The position numbers were made by a program, and so were the translations under genes. From NCBI GenBank assembly GCA_964541005.1, contig CAZIPU010000001.1, forward strand, positions 4,493-36,492: DNA of 32,000 nt, written 5' to 3'. Within the stretch, counting starts at the first letter, position 1. The number at the start of each line of letters is the position of its first letter. Under the pieces are notes generated by a model. It had not been told where the DNA came from, ran no database searches, and was given only the letters and a program-made list of their open reading frames with translations. This stretch comes from an uncultured Syntrophales bacterium. Lineage in GTDB: Bacteria; Desulfobacterota; Syntrophia; Syntrophales; JAAYKM01. This document shows, in pieces, positions 18,186-26,342 of this stretch.

Positions 18186-19184
18186 ATGAAAACGGTCAGT
18201 TCCTTACTTGATGAAGCCTGGCATGAGCGCTACCGGAAAATCGCCAGCCTGAATATCCGCAGTTCCATCTACGATGTGACCAACCGCTGTAACCTGCGCT
18301 GCAAGGGGTGTTTCTTCTTTTCCTCCAATGAGCACGAAGCCGCTCAGGAGGAGATGGATATAAACAAGTGGTATGACTTTATCGGCCGGGAGAAGGCGCG
18401 GGGAGTCAACCTGGCCATCCTGATCGGCGGTGAACCGACCCTGTACCTGGACCGGGTTGAAGCCTTTTATCGGCAGCTTCCCACGTACTGCGCCACCAAC
18501 GGGCAGATCAAAATCCCCCGCGACCGCTTCCCTGACATGATGGTGGGCATCTCCCTGTGGGGGGACGAGGAAGACGAGAAAACCCTCCGGGGGAAAGACA
18601 CGTTCGCCGTTTCCCGGCGACATTACGAAGGTGACCCCCACACCTACTATCTTTACACGATCACGGCAAAACAGGTCGGACGCATCGAATCGGTCGTCCG
18701 TAAAATAGCCGATGCGGGTCTTAAGGTCCATTTCCAGCTTCTGACGAACGATGAACAGGTGGACGGATTCTCCTGGAGCGAGGACAAGCTGCGCGACATT
18801 CGAAGTGAAATGGATGAAATGCTTGACCGCTATCCCCGGACGGTTGTTTCCTGCCGGTATTATCACGAAATCATCACCACGGGGAAAATGATGGGACGGC
18901 CTTTCGGCTGGAACGAGTGCCCCTCCGTGACGGAACAACTGGATACGCGGAATCCGCAACCCAAAAGACTCATCCGGTTCATCCGCTGGGCTTCCGATCT
19001 GAAGACCATGCACCGGTGCTGCACCTCCGAAACCCGGGACTGTTCGACCTGCAAGGACGGGGCGGCCCACATGAGCTGGGTCATGGTCAACAAGAGGGAT
19101 CATCTGCGTTCGACCCAAGACATCCAGAACTGGATCGAAGTCTACGAAATGTTTGCCAAACTGTACCGTTTTATCCCCTGGTAG
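18186..19184 (+). CDS. Radical SAM protein, paralogous to the preceding gene
   Basis: SSIYDVTNRCNLRCKGCFFFSSNEHEAAQ (CxxxCxxC); NLAILIGGEPTLYLDRVEAFYR; C-terminal MHRCCTSETRDCSTCKDGAAHMSW. Confidence 0.9.
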   Translation: MKTVSSLLDEAWHERYRKIASLNIRSSIYDVTNRCNLRCKGCFFFSSNEHEAAQEEMDINKWYDFIGREKARGVNLAILIGGEPTLYLDRVEAFYRQLPTYCATNGQIKIPRDRFPDMMVGISLWGDEEDEKTLRGKDTFAVSRRHYEGDPHTYYLYTITAKQVGRIESVVRKIADAGLKVHFQLLTNDEQVDGFSWSEDKLRDIRSEMDEMLDRYPRTVVSCRYYHEIITTGKMMGRPFGWNECPSVTEQLDTRNPQPKRLIRFIRWASDLKTMHRCCTSETRDCSTCKDGAAHMSWVMVNKRDHLRSTQDIQNWIEVYEMFAKLYRFIPW

Positions 19185-19193
19185 CCTCCCCTC

Positions 19194-20468
19194 ATGAGCG
19201 CTGCGGCAAGGATGGGAACGGGGCGAAAAAGGCCTGTCATACTCGGCTACGATGCCGTATCTCCCCTGGGGTTGGATCTGGCAGAGCAGTGGGAACGTGC
19301 ATCGAGGGGCGAAAGCGGAATAGGCCCCCTGACCCGTTTTCCCCTCCGGGACGGATTCCCGGTGAGAATCGCCGGGGAGGTGAAGGAGATCGACACGGGA
19401 GCCTATCCCTTTTTAGCCGCCCGGGATATGGTGCAGTGGACGTCGCCTCTGTTTAAGTACGCCATGCTGGTGGTTAACCGGGCCCTGGCGAAAAGCGGGA
19501 TCGAGATTACCCCCGCCATATCGCCCCGGGTGGCCATTACCTTCAGTTCCGCCATCGGCGGCCTTGACGCGGTTTTGAAGGCGGACCGGCTTCTTGTTTC
19601 CGGAGGGAAACTGCCCCATCCCTTCACCAATCCGAATTCCTGCATCAACATGGTGGGGGGAAAGGTATCGATCATGACCGGGGCGACGGGACCGATTACG
19701 TCAACCATCACCGCCTGCGCCACGGGGAGCACTTCCATGATCATGGGGGGGCTTCTGATCGACCAGGGGATGGCCGATGTCGTCATTTGCGGCGCCGTGG
19801 ATTTCCCCCTCGTCGAGCCCATCGTGGGAGGATTCGCCACGATGAACGGGGCCTACCGGCCGAAAGAAGGCCAGCCGGAGGAAGCGCCGGAAAGGGCCAG
19901 CCGGCCCTTTTCGCAGAACAGGCGCGGGTTTGTGGTCTCCGAGGGAGCAGGGTGTGTCATCATTGCCGGACGTGATTTCGCCGCGTCCCATGGTTTACAG
20001 TTTGACCTGGAAATGGCAGGATGGGCCATGACCTCCGACGCCCATCATTTTGTGGCGCCGAATCTCCAGACGGTTAGGCGCTGCATCTCCGAAAGTCTTG
20101 CCGACGCGGGTCTTCAGGTGTCGGAGATCAATGCGATCAACGCCCACGGCACGTCGACCAAAATCGGCGACAAAATCGAATGGGAGGCCCTGCGTGATGT
20201 TTTTGGCAGCCGCATTCCTCCCGTATCGGCCAACAAGTCCCAGACGGGGCATGCCATGGGGGCTTCTTCCGCCATTGAGTTAATTCTGGCCATGGAAGGA
20301 ATGAAGCGGGAGAGAGTTCTGCCGACGATCAATTACCGGCCGGACCCGGAGATACCCCTCGACTGCGTTCCCGAAGGGGCGCGGAAGCTGGAGCAGGAAT
20401 ACGTTCTGAAAAACGCGTTCGGATTTGGCGGCTGCAACGCCTGCCTGGTGTTGCGCAGGACCGGTTGA
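19194..20468 (+). CDS. Beta-ketoacyl-ACP synthase II-like (KAS-A of a tandem set)
   Basis: STITACATGSTSMIMGGLLIDQGMADVVICGAVD, INAHGTSTKIGDKIEWEAL, NKSQTGHAMGASSAIE, LKNAFGFGGCNACLVL. Confidence 0.9.
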   Translation: MSAAARMGTGRKRPVILGYDAVSPLGLDLAEQWERASRGESGIGPLTRFPLRDGFPVRIAGEVKEIDTGAYPFLAARDMVQWTSPLFKYAMLVVNRALAKSGIEITPAISPRVAITFSSAIGGLDAVLKADRLLVSGGKLPHPFTNPNSCINMVGGKVSIMTGATGPITSTITACATGSTSMIMGGLLIDQGMADVVICGAVDFPLVEPIVGGFATMNGAYRPKEGQPEEAPERASRPFSQNRRGFVVSEGAGCVIIAGRDFAASHGLQFDLEMAGWAMTSDAHHFVAPNLQTVRRCISESLADAGLQVSEINAINAHGTSTKIGDKIEWEALRDVFGSRIPPVSANKSQTGHAMGASSAIELILAMEGMKRERVLPTINYRPDPEIPLDCVPEGARKLEQEYVLKNAFGFGGCNACLVLRRTG

Positions 20469-20502
20469 CCCATCATCGGAAAAGGGATCATACAATCGAA
20501 CT

Positions 20503-21768
20503 ATGAAGGCACCCAAGAACAGACGGGTTTTCGTTATCGGCTACGGCGCGGCCACGCCCCTGGGAAGGACTTTTTCCACGACCTGGGAGCGTGCGGTGAA
20601 AGCGGAGGCCGGTTTCCGCACGGTTACCCGCTGCCATGTCAAAACCCTGAGCCACGTCGTGGGTGAAATACCGGATTGGGATCCGCTGCACCTGGGCCTG
20701 GCCGATGAAAAGGAAGTCTATAACTGGAATGCGGCCTTTGTCATTCTGACGATGGCGGTCTGCCGGGAAGCGCTGGAACATGCGGGATTGATCATGGACA
20801 ACGGCGTCGCCCCGAAAACCGCCTGCCTGATCGGCTCCGCCATCAACGGCACCGACGCCTTCCGGTGCGCCGTGGAAAACCTGCGGGACAAGGGGCCCCT
20901 CAAGGTCAGTCCCTACCTGCTCCCCAACATCTGCGCCAATCTGCCTGCCGGTAAAGCCGGCATGGAACTGGGATTCACGGGACCTGTTTTTTCACCCCAG
21001 GGGGCGTGCGCATCCGCGAACTACGCCCTGGCCCTGGGCGCCCGGATGATCCGCGACGGCGACTGCGACTTTGCCCTTGCCGGGGGAGTCGATATGCCGA
21101 TCATTCCGGAGATCATTCACGGTTTCGCCAATATGAACGCGACCATCAAGATCCACCCCTACGACCGGGCCCATGACGATCCTTCACAGGCCTCCCGGCC
21201 CTTCAGCGTGGACCGGAAGGGCTTTGTCGTGGCCGAGGGAGCAGGGATTCTGGTACTGGCCGCCGAAGAGACATTGAAAACCCACGGGCTGCGACCCAGA
21301 GCCGAGGTCATGGGGATCGGCTGGAGTTCCGACGCACACCATTTCACACGGCCGAACAAGGTTACGGTCATCCGCGCCATCAGGAACGCGATCGATGACG
21401 CGGGTCTTTCCGTAGAAGATATCGGTTACATCAATGCCCACGGAACTTCCACCATGGCCGGTGACAGCACGGAGATCGATTGTCTGCAAACCGTTTTCGG
21501 TGACCGCCTGGAAAAGATCCCGATTTCATCGAACAAGTCTCAGATCGGCCATTCCCTGGGTGCCGCCGCGGCGGTTGAAAACGCCCTGACCATTGAGGGC
21601 ATGCAAAGGGGAATCATCCTGCCGACGGTCAATTACCTGGCTGACCCCGCTTTCAACGGTCTGGATTTTGTTCCGAACGAAGCCCGCCGGCAACATCATG
21701 AAATCGCCCTGTCGAATGCCTTCGGCTTCGGCGGAACCAACTGCTGCGTCGTTTTCCGGGGAGTCTAG
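20503..21768 (+). CDS. Beta-ketoacyl-ACP synthase II-like (KAS-B)
   Basis: Start MKAPKNRRVFVIGYG at 20503 (ORF track 20425). SPQGACASANYALALGARMIRDGDCDFALAGG, INAHGTSTMAGDSTEI, NKSQIGHSLGAAAAVE, LSNAFGFGGTNCCVVF. Confidence 0.9.
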   Translation: MKAPKNRRVFVIGYGAATPLGRTFSTTWERAVKAEAGFRTVTRCHVKTLSHVVGEIPDWDPLHLGLADEKEVYNWNAAFVILTMAVCREALEHAGLIMDNGVAPKTACLIGSAINGTDAFRCAVENLRDKGPLKVSPYLLPNICANLPAGKAGMELGFTGPVFSPQGACASANYALALGARMIRDGDCDFALAGGVDMPIIPEIIHGFANMNATIKIHPYDRAHDDPSQASRPFSVDRKGFVVAEGAGILVLAAEETLKTHGLRPRAEVMGIGWSSDAHHFTRPNKVTVIRAIRNAIDDAGLSVEDIGYINAHGTSTMAGDSTEIDCLQTVFGDRLEKIPISSNKSQIGHSLGAAAAVENALTIEGMQRGIILPTVNYLADPAFNGLDFVPNEARRQHHEIALSNAFGFGGTNCCVVFRGV

Positions 21769-22248
21769 ATGAAACCGAAACCGTTCAGGCCTGAGCTGCT
21801 CTACAAGAATTCCTGTTATGTCCGGGATCTTGAAACGGGATTTGTCTGGCACCGCTGTTCCCAGCGGACCCTGTACGCGGATACGGACCGCTCCGCCGTG
21901 GTCTACCACGCCAACTACCTGCGTTATTTCGAGTTCGGCCGGGCCTCTCTCATGCGGGACGCGGCCTATCCCTACCGGGAAATCGAGGAAAGCGGCTATG
22001 TCTATCCCATTATCGAACTGGGAATCACCTTCTGCGAGCCCCTGCGGTATGATGACCCCATGTTTGTCCACACCCGCCCGGCGGAGATCGAGCGGGTGAA
22101 ACTTCGATTTGACTACACGATCACCCATGCGGAATCGGGAGCGATTGTCTGTAAGGGATTCACAAGGCACTGCGCCTTAAATGCCCAGGGAAGACCCGTG
22201 GCAATCGATCCGAAAACGGTACACCTATGGAAAACATTTCCGGAGTAG
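21769..22248 (+). CDS. Acyl-CoA/ACP thioesterase, 4HBT hotdog family (YbgC/FadM-like)
   Basis: CSQRTLYADTDRSAVVYHANYLRYFEFGRASLMRDAAYPYREIEESGYVYPIIELGITFCEPLRYDDPMFVHT; starts directly after the KAS-B stop. Confidence 0.85.
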   Translation: MKPKPFRPELLYKNSCYVRDLETGFVWHRCSQRTLYADTDRSAVVYHANYLRYFEFGRASLMRDAAYPYREIEESGYVYPIIELGITFCEPLRYDDPMFVHTRPAEIERVKLRFDYTITHAESGAIVCKGFTRHCALNAQGRPVAIDPKTVHLWKTFPE

Positions 22249-22415
22249 ATTGGAAACAAGAATGCAAAAGGCGGAAGCAGGAAGGTGAAGGGGATGAGGC
22301 AGGTGAGAGAAGGGAAAGGATGTCGGCTGAAAGTTTCGAGACTTGATTGTCCGGCAAAAGACGCTTTAATTTGTGCTGTCAAAAGGAAAGAGCATTCGGG
22401 GGGATTGGAACCGAC

Positions 22416-22682
22416 ATGACACGTGAGGAAATCATTGATCACATCCTTCAGATCTTCCGGAAGGAATTCGAGATCGAAAACCCGGGGCTGGATGACAATC
22501 TTCGGGAAGAATACGAATTTGACAGTATCGATGCCGTGGAGTTGCTCCTCCAGATCGAAAAGATGCTGGGTTCCGAACTGACCCAGGAGGAAAAAAAGCA
22601 GGCCATGGAGATTCGGACCATCAACCAGGTCTGTGACTATATCGAGGGCCTCGCTCGTGCGAGGCAGGGTGTTTCAAGGTAA
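22416..22682 (+). CDS. Acyl carrier protein
   Basis: Likely start MTREEIIDHILQIFRKEF at 22416 (ORF track 22347); LREEYEFDSIDAVELLLQIEKMLGSEL. Confidence 0.9.
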   Translation: MTREEIIDHILQIFRKEFEIENPGLDDNLREEYEFDSIDAVELLLQIEKMLGSELTQEEKKQAMEIRTINQVCDYIEGLARARQGVSR

Positions 22683-22757
22683 ATTGACGGCGGGATCCCC
22701 CCCTGCTCCACTTCGGGGAGGAATACGATCCCGCCGGTTCTGAATAGCGGACGTTCC

Positions 22758-23999
22758 ATGGAAAGAAGAGTTGTCATTACGGCGTGCTCCGCCATCACCC
22801 CCATCGGGCGGACCAAGGCGGAGATGCTCCACTGCCTGGCAAACGGCATCTCGGGAGTCAGACCCCTGAAAGAGGACGGCCTGTTGTCTTCTTTCATTCA
22901 TTCGAAGGTTTTCGGCACCGTCGATTATCCGATAACCTACGACTTCAGGCGTTCGTTCCGGAAGACGATGGGACCCGTGGCCTACTATGCCTGCCAGGTG
23001 GCGAAGGAAACCCTCGAAAGCTCGGGGCTCGATCAGAACTTTATCACCTCCGGCCGCCTGGGCGTCGCCTTCGGATCGACCCACGGCAGCCCCACGGTGC
23101 AGCGGGAAATATACAAGACCTTTTTCGGCGGCACCCAGAGTGACGTGAGGTCCATCGGCGCCGTCGATTACCTGAAATCCATGGTCCACACCACGGCGGT
23201 CAACATCACGAAGATGTTCGGCATCACGGGACGGGTCATTTCATCTTCCACGGCCTGCACGACGAGCAGCCAGTCCATCGGTTTCGGCTACGAGATGATC
23301 AAGTACGGCATGCAGGACGCCATGCTCTGCGGCGGTGCCGACGAATACGATACGACGACCGTCGCCGTTTTCGATAACCTCCTTGCCTGTTCGACGGCCT
23401 TCAACGACACGCCGGAGCGGACCCCCCGCCCGTTCGATGTGCAGCGGGACGGCCTGGTGGTGGGCGAAGGCGCCGGGGCGGTGCTCCTGGAAGAATACGA
23501 GCATGCCCGGAGAAGGGGCGCCGGGATCATGGGGGAGATCATCGGTTTTTCCTGCAACAACAACGGCGGCGACCTGATTCTGCCCAATCTTCATGGCATC
23601 ACCGAAACGATCCGGATCGGCCTGCGGGATGCGGGCATATCCGCCGGCGATGTCGATTTCATCAGCGCCCACGCCACGGGGACTAAAATGGGAGACGTCA
23701 TTGAGGCCCAGGCGATCCACAATGTTTACGGCGATCGTCCGCCCGTTATCGGTTTGAAGAGTTACATGGGCCACACCATGGGATCCTGCGGGGCCATCGA
23801 AACGATTATCCTGCTCCACCTGATGCGGGAAGGCTTTATCGTGCCGACCCTCAACTTAACGGAAGTCGACGAACGTTGCGCCATGATCCGTCACAGCCGC
23901 GAGGTGAAGGATTATCCGGTCCGGATCGCTGCGGTCCAGAATTTCGCCTTTGGCGGTGTGAACACGAACTTGTTCATTAGAAAAATAACCCAAGAGTGA
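22758..23999 (+). CDS. Beta-ketoacyl-ACP synthase II-like (KAS-C)
   Basis: VISSSTACTTSSQSIGFGYEMIKYGMQDAMLCGGADEYD, FISAHATGTKMGDVIEAQAI, LKSYMGHTMGSCGAIE, VQNFAFGGVNTNLFI. Confidence 0.9.
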   Translation: MERRVVITACSAITPIGRTKAEMLHCLANGISGVRPLKEDGLLSSFIHSKVFGTVDYPITYDFRRSFRKTMGPVAYYACQVAKETLESSGLDQNFITSGRLGVAFGSTHGSPTVQREIYKTFFGGTQSDVRSIGAVDYLKSMVHTTAVNITKMFGITGRVISSSTACTTSSQSIGFGYEMIKYGMQDAMLCGGADEYDTTTVAVFDNLLACSTAFNDTPERTPRPFDVQRDGLVVGEGAGAVLLEEYEHARRRGAGIMGEIIGFSCNNNGGDLILPNLHGITETIRIGLRDAGISAGDVDFISAHATGTKMGDVIEAQAIHNVYGDRPPVIGLKSYMGHTMGSCGAIETIILLHLMREGFIVPTLNLTEVDERCAMIRHSREVKDYPVRIAAVQNFAFGGVNTNLFIRKITQE

Positions 24000-24017
24000 C
24001 TGATTCGGTGGCGCAAA

Positions 24018-24779
24018 ATGGTGAAAATCATGAATACCTTTATGGATTTTACCATTACGACAATCCTGTGGACATACTATATCGCCGGTTTTATCCTCGT
24101 CTTTTCCCCTTTTTATTTGTTCTCTTTTTTTCGCCGGGATAAAAAGGAAGCCGGCTTCCAGAAATTAAATCACATCTTCTTTAATAGTTTCTTCTCCCTT
24201 CTTCGAATCCTCGTTCCCAGGGTGACCTGGCGGGTGTCCGACGAGGTCCGCGCCATCCGATCCTCCGTCATCATTGCAAATCATCTTTCCTTTCTCGACC
24301 CGATCCTGTTCGTTTCCCTGTTTCCCCGGCAGAAGACCGTTGTCAAGAAAGATTATTTCCGCGTCCCCGTTTTCGGTTGGATCCTCAAAACATCCGGCTA
24401 TATTCCTGCCTTCACGGGAGATTCCGGAGCGGAGATTCTCCTTGAACAGGTAGAAAGAATGAAAGCCTACCTGGCGGAAGGGGGAAATCTGTTCATGTTC
24501 CCCGAGGGAACCCGCAGCCGCGACGGAAGGATCGGCTCCTTCGACCGGGGTGCCTTCCGCATCGCAAAGTTCTGCGATGTCCCCATCCGCGTCCTCGTGA
24601 TCCGCAATACCGGCCGGCTTTATCCCCCGGGGCGCATCCTCTTCAATACCTGCGAGCGTTTCACCATTTCCGTTGAAGCGGGGGGAACCCTGATGCCCGA
24701 TTACAAGGAGGAGACGATCTCGCTTTCCGCCGTCATGGCGGAGGCGCGAAAGCTGATGGAAGAGAGGACCAACCCGTGA
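24018..24779 (+). CDS. 1-acyl-sn-glycerol-3-phosphate acyltransferase-like (PlsC family)
   Basis: SVIIANHLSFLDPILFVSLFPRQKTVVKK...LFMFPEGTRSRDGRIGSFDRGAFRIAKFCDVPIRVLVI (NHxxxxD and PEGTRS motifs). Confidence 0.88.
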   Translation: MVKIMNTFMDFTITTILWTYYIAGFILVFSPFYLFSFFRRDKKEAGFQKLNHIFFNSFFSLLRILVPRVTWRVSDEVRAIRSSVIIANHLSFLDPILFVSLFPRQKTVVKKDYFRVPVFGWILKTSGYIPAFTGDSGAEILLEQVERMKAYLAEGGNLFMFPEGTRSRDGRIGSFDRGAFRIAKFCDVPIRVLVIRNTGRLYPPGRILFNTCERFTISVEAGGTLMPDYKEETISLSAVMAEARKLMEERTNP

Positions 24780-26308
24780 TACAGACGCCTCCCCGTTTGG
24801 AACAGGAAATGGACGGCGCATGGATTCGTTATCCCCGGACCCTTTCCGTCTCGGCCTACCTCTGGGACCACCATTTCATGGGCAAAACGATTTTCCCCGC
24901 CGTCGAAATTCTCCAGGGCCTCGCCGCCAGCGTGCTGGATCACAGACCGGGAACAAAGGTAACGTCCTTACGGGGAGCTTCCTTCGACCGGTTTCTGGAA
25001 CTCGCTGAAAACGATCGTGAACATACCGTATTCCACGATCTGAAAGCGGACGGAAAAGGCCTGGTGTCCGCACGGCTGGTAACCGTTTCTCCGTCCGGGA
25101 AAGCAGGCATCCTGCGGGAAAAGGTCCATGCCGCGGTCGATTTTACGGCACCGGTGAAGGACGACGCGGAATTTCCCATGGATCTGGCGGCGTCAGTGGA
25201 AGGAATCGGTTACCGGATCCCTGCGGAGCAACTCTACCGGAAACTCATTCCTTTCGGCCCCGCCTACCGGAACCTTCAAGGTGATGTGATCCTGACGGAA
25301 AACGGCGGGGTGGCACAGGTCCGGGCTGCGGAATACCCGGCTCCCACGGTGCCCCTGGGTTCGACCTTTCCCTTCGACGGAATCATGCATATCGCCTGTG
25401 CCTGGAGTCAACGTTTTCACGGAATTGTCGCTTTTCCCGTCGGCTTCGACGAAAGGATCGTTCCGATCCCGACCATTACGGGAGAAACCTATTTCTGCCG
25501 GGTTTTGCCCGTTTCCGTCATGAAAGAAGAACTGACTTTCGACATGGCGATTTACGATCCGGAAGGAAGGATAAGGGAATTCATCCGGGGCTTGAAGATG
25601 AAGGACGTTTCGGGAGGACGCGTCAGGCCGCCCGGATGGGTCCGGTTCGACGGCACCGATTCCCTGGCCACGATCCGGAAGCACTGCGAGGCGCTCTGTG
25701 TCATCGAGGAGACGGCCCTCGCCGGTTTTGCCGCCGATGCCCTGACGGCCGGAGAGAGGGCCCGTTTCGACCGGATGGGGGTTCGCAGGAGGAAAAGCTA
25801 CCTGATGGGACGCCTGGTCCTTAAAACCCTGGCGCGAAAACTGGCGGGACGGGACCGGCAAACCCCGTCATCGGCGATCCACACCATGATGGAGGACGGC
25901 ATCAGGCCGTTCTGCCCCGATTTGGCCGGCCGGGGTCCTGTTTTTTGTTCCCTTTCCCACGACCGGCGCTTCGCCGTGGCCGCCGGGGGGGCGGAACCGA
26001 TGGGGATCGATGTGGAAGTCCTCTCCGGACGGGCCCTGAAGGCGAGGCACCTCTACATGGGAGAAGCGGAGTCAAACCTGGCCGACCGGTCTTCCCTGGG
26101 CGTCCTGGCCGCAGCGTTGCGGGTCTGGTCCATCAAGGAAGGGGTGACGAAGGTCCTCAATATGCCCATCGGAGAAGCCTGGAAAAGGGTCAGGGTCCTG
26201 GATATCGGGTTTCACGAGAGCCGCCTGACCGTGGACGTCGAACGTTTTACGGCATTCCACGATACGGTGGACGATCATGTATTTACCCTGGTGAAGAGGG
26301 AATCATGA
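24776..26308 (+). CDS. Fusion: N-terminal PKS-dehydratase-like domain + C-terminal 4'-phosphopantetheinyl transferase
   Basis: N-term: YLWDHHFMGKTIFPAVEILQGLAASVLDHRP...KLIPFGPAYRNLQGDVILTENG...FPFDGIMHIACAWSQRFHGIVAFPVGFD. C-term: GPVFCSLSHDRRFAVAAGG...MGIDVEVLSGRALKARHLYMGEAES...ALRVWSIKEGVTKVLNMPIGEAWKRV. Confidence 0.8.
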   Translation: MIQTPPRLEQEMDGAWIRYPRTLSVSAYLWDHHFMGKTIFPAVEILQGLAASVLDHRPGTKVTSLRGASFDRFLELAENDREHTVFHDLKADGKGLVSARLVTVSPSGKAGILREKVHAAVDFTAPVKDDAEFPMDLAASVEGIGYRIPAEQLYRKLIPFGPAYRNLQGDVILTENGGVAQVRAAEYPAPTVPLGSTFPFDGIMHIACAWSQRFHGIVAFPVGFDERIVPIPTITGETYFCRVLPVSVMKEELTFDMAIYDPEGRIREFIRGLKMKDVSGGRVRPPGWVRFDGTDSLATIRKHCEALCVIEETALAGFAADALTAGERARFDRMGVRRRKSYLMGRLVLKTLARKLAGRDRQTPSSAIHTMMEDGIRPFCPDLAGRGPVFCSLSHDRRFAVAAGGAEPMGIDVEVLSGRALKARHLYMGEAESNLADRSSLGVLAAALRVWSIKEGVTKVLNMPIGEAWKRVRVLDIGFHESRLTVDVERFTAFHDTVDDHVFTLVKRES

Positions 26309-26342
26309 CATCCGGAGTGAAACAGGAAAAGGGAAGGCAGGG

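Noticed and set aside
17123-19118. Minus-strand ORFs of 288 and 304 aa opposite the two radical SAM genes
   Set aside because: The sense frames carry conserved CxxxCxxC and paralogous motifs; the antisense frames do not.
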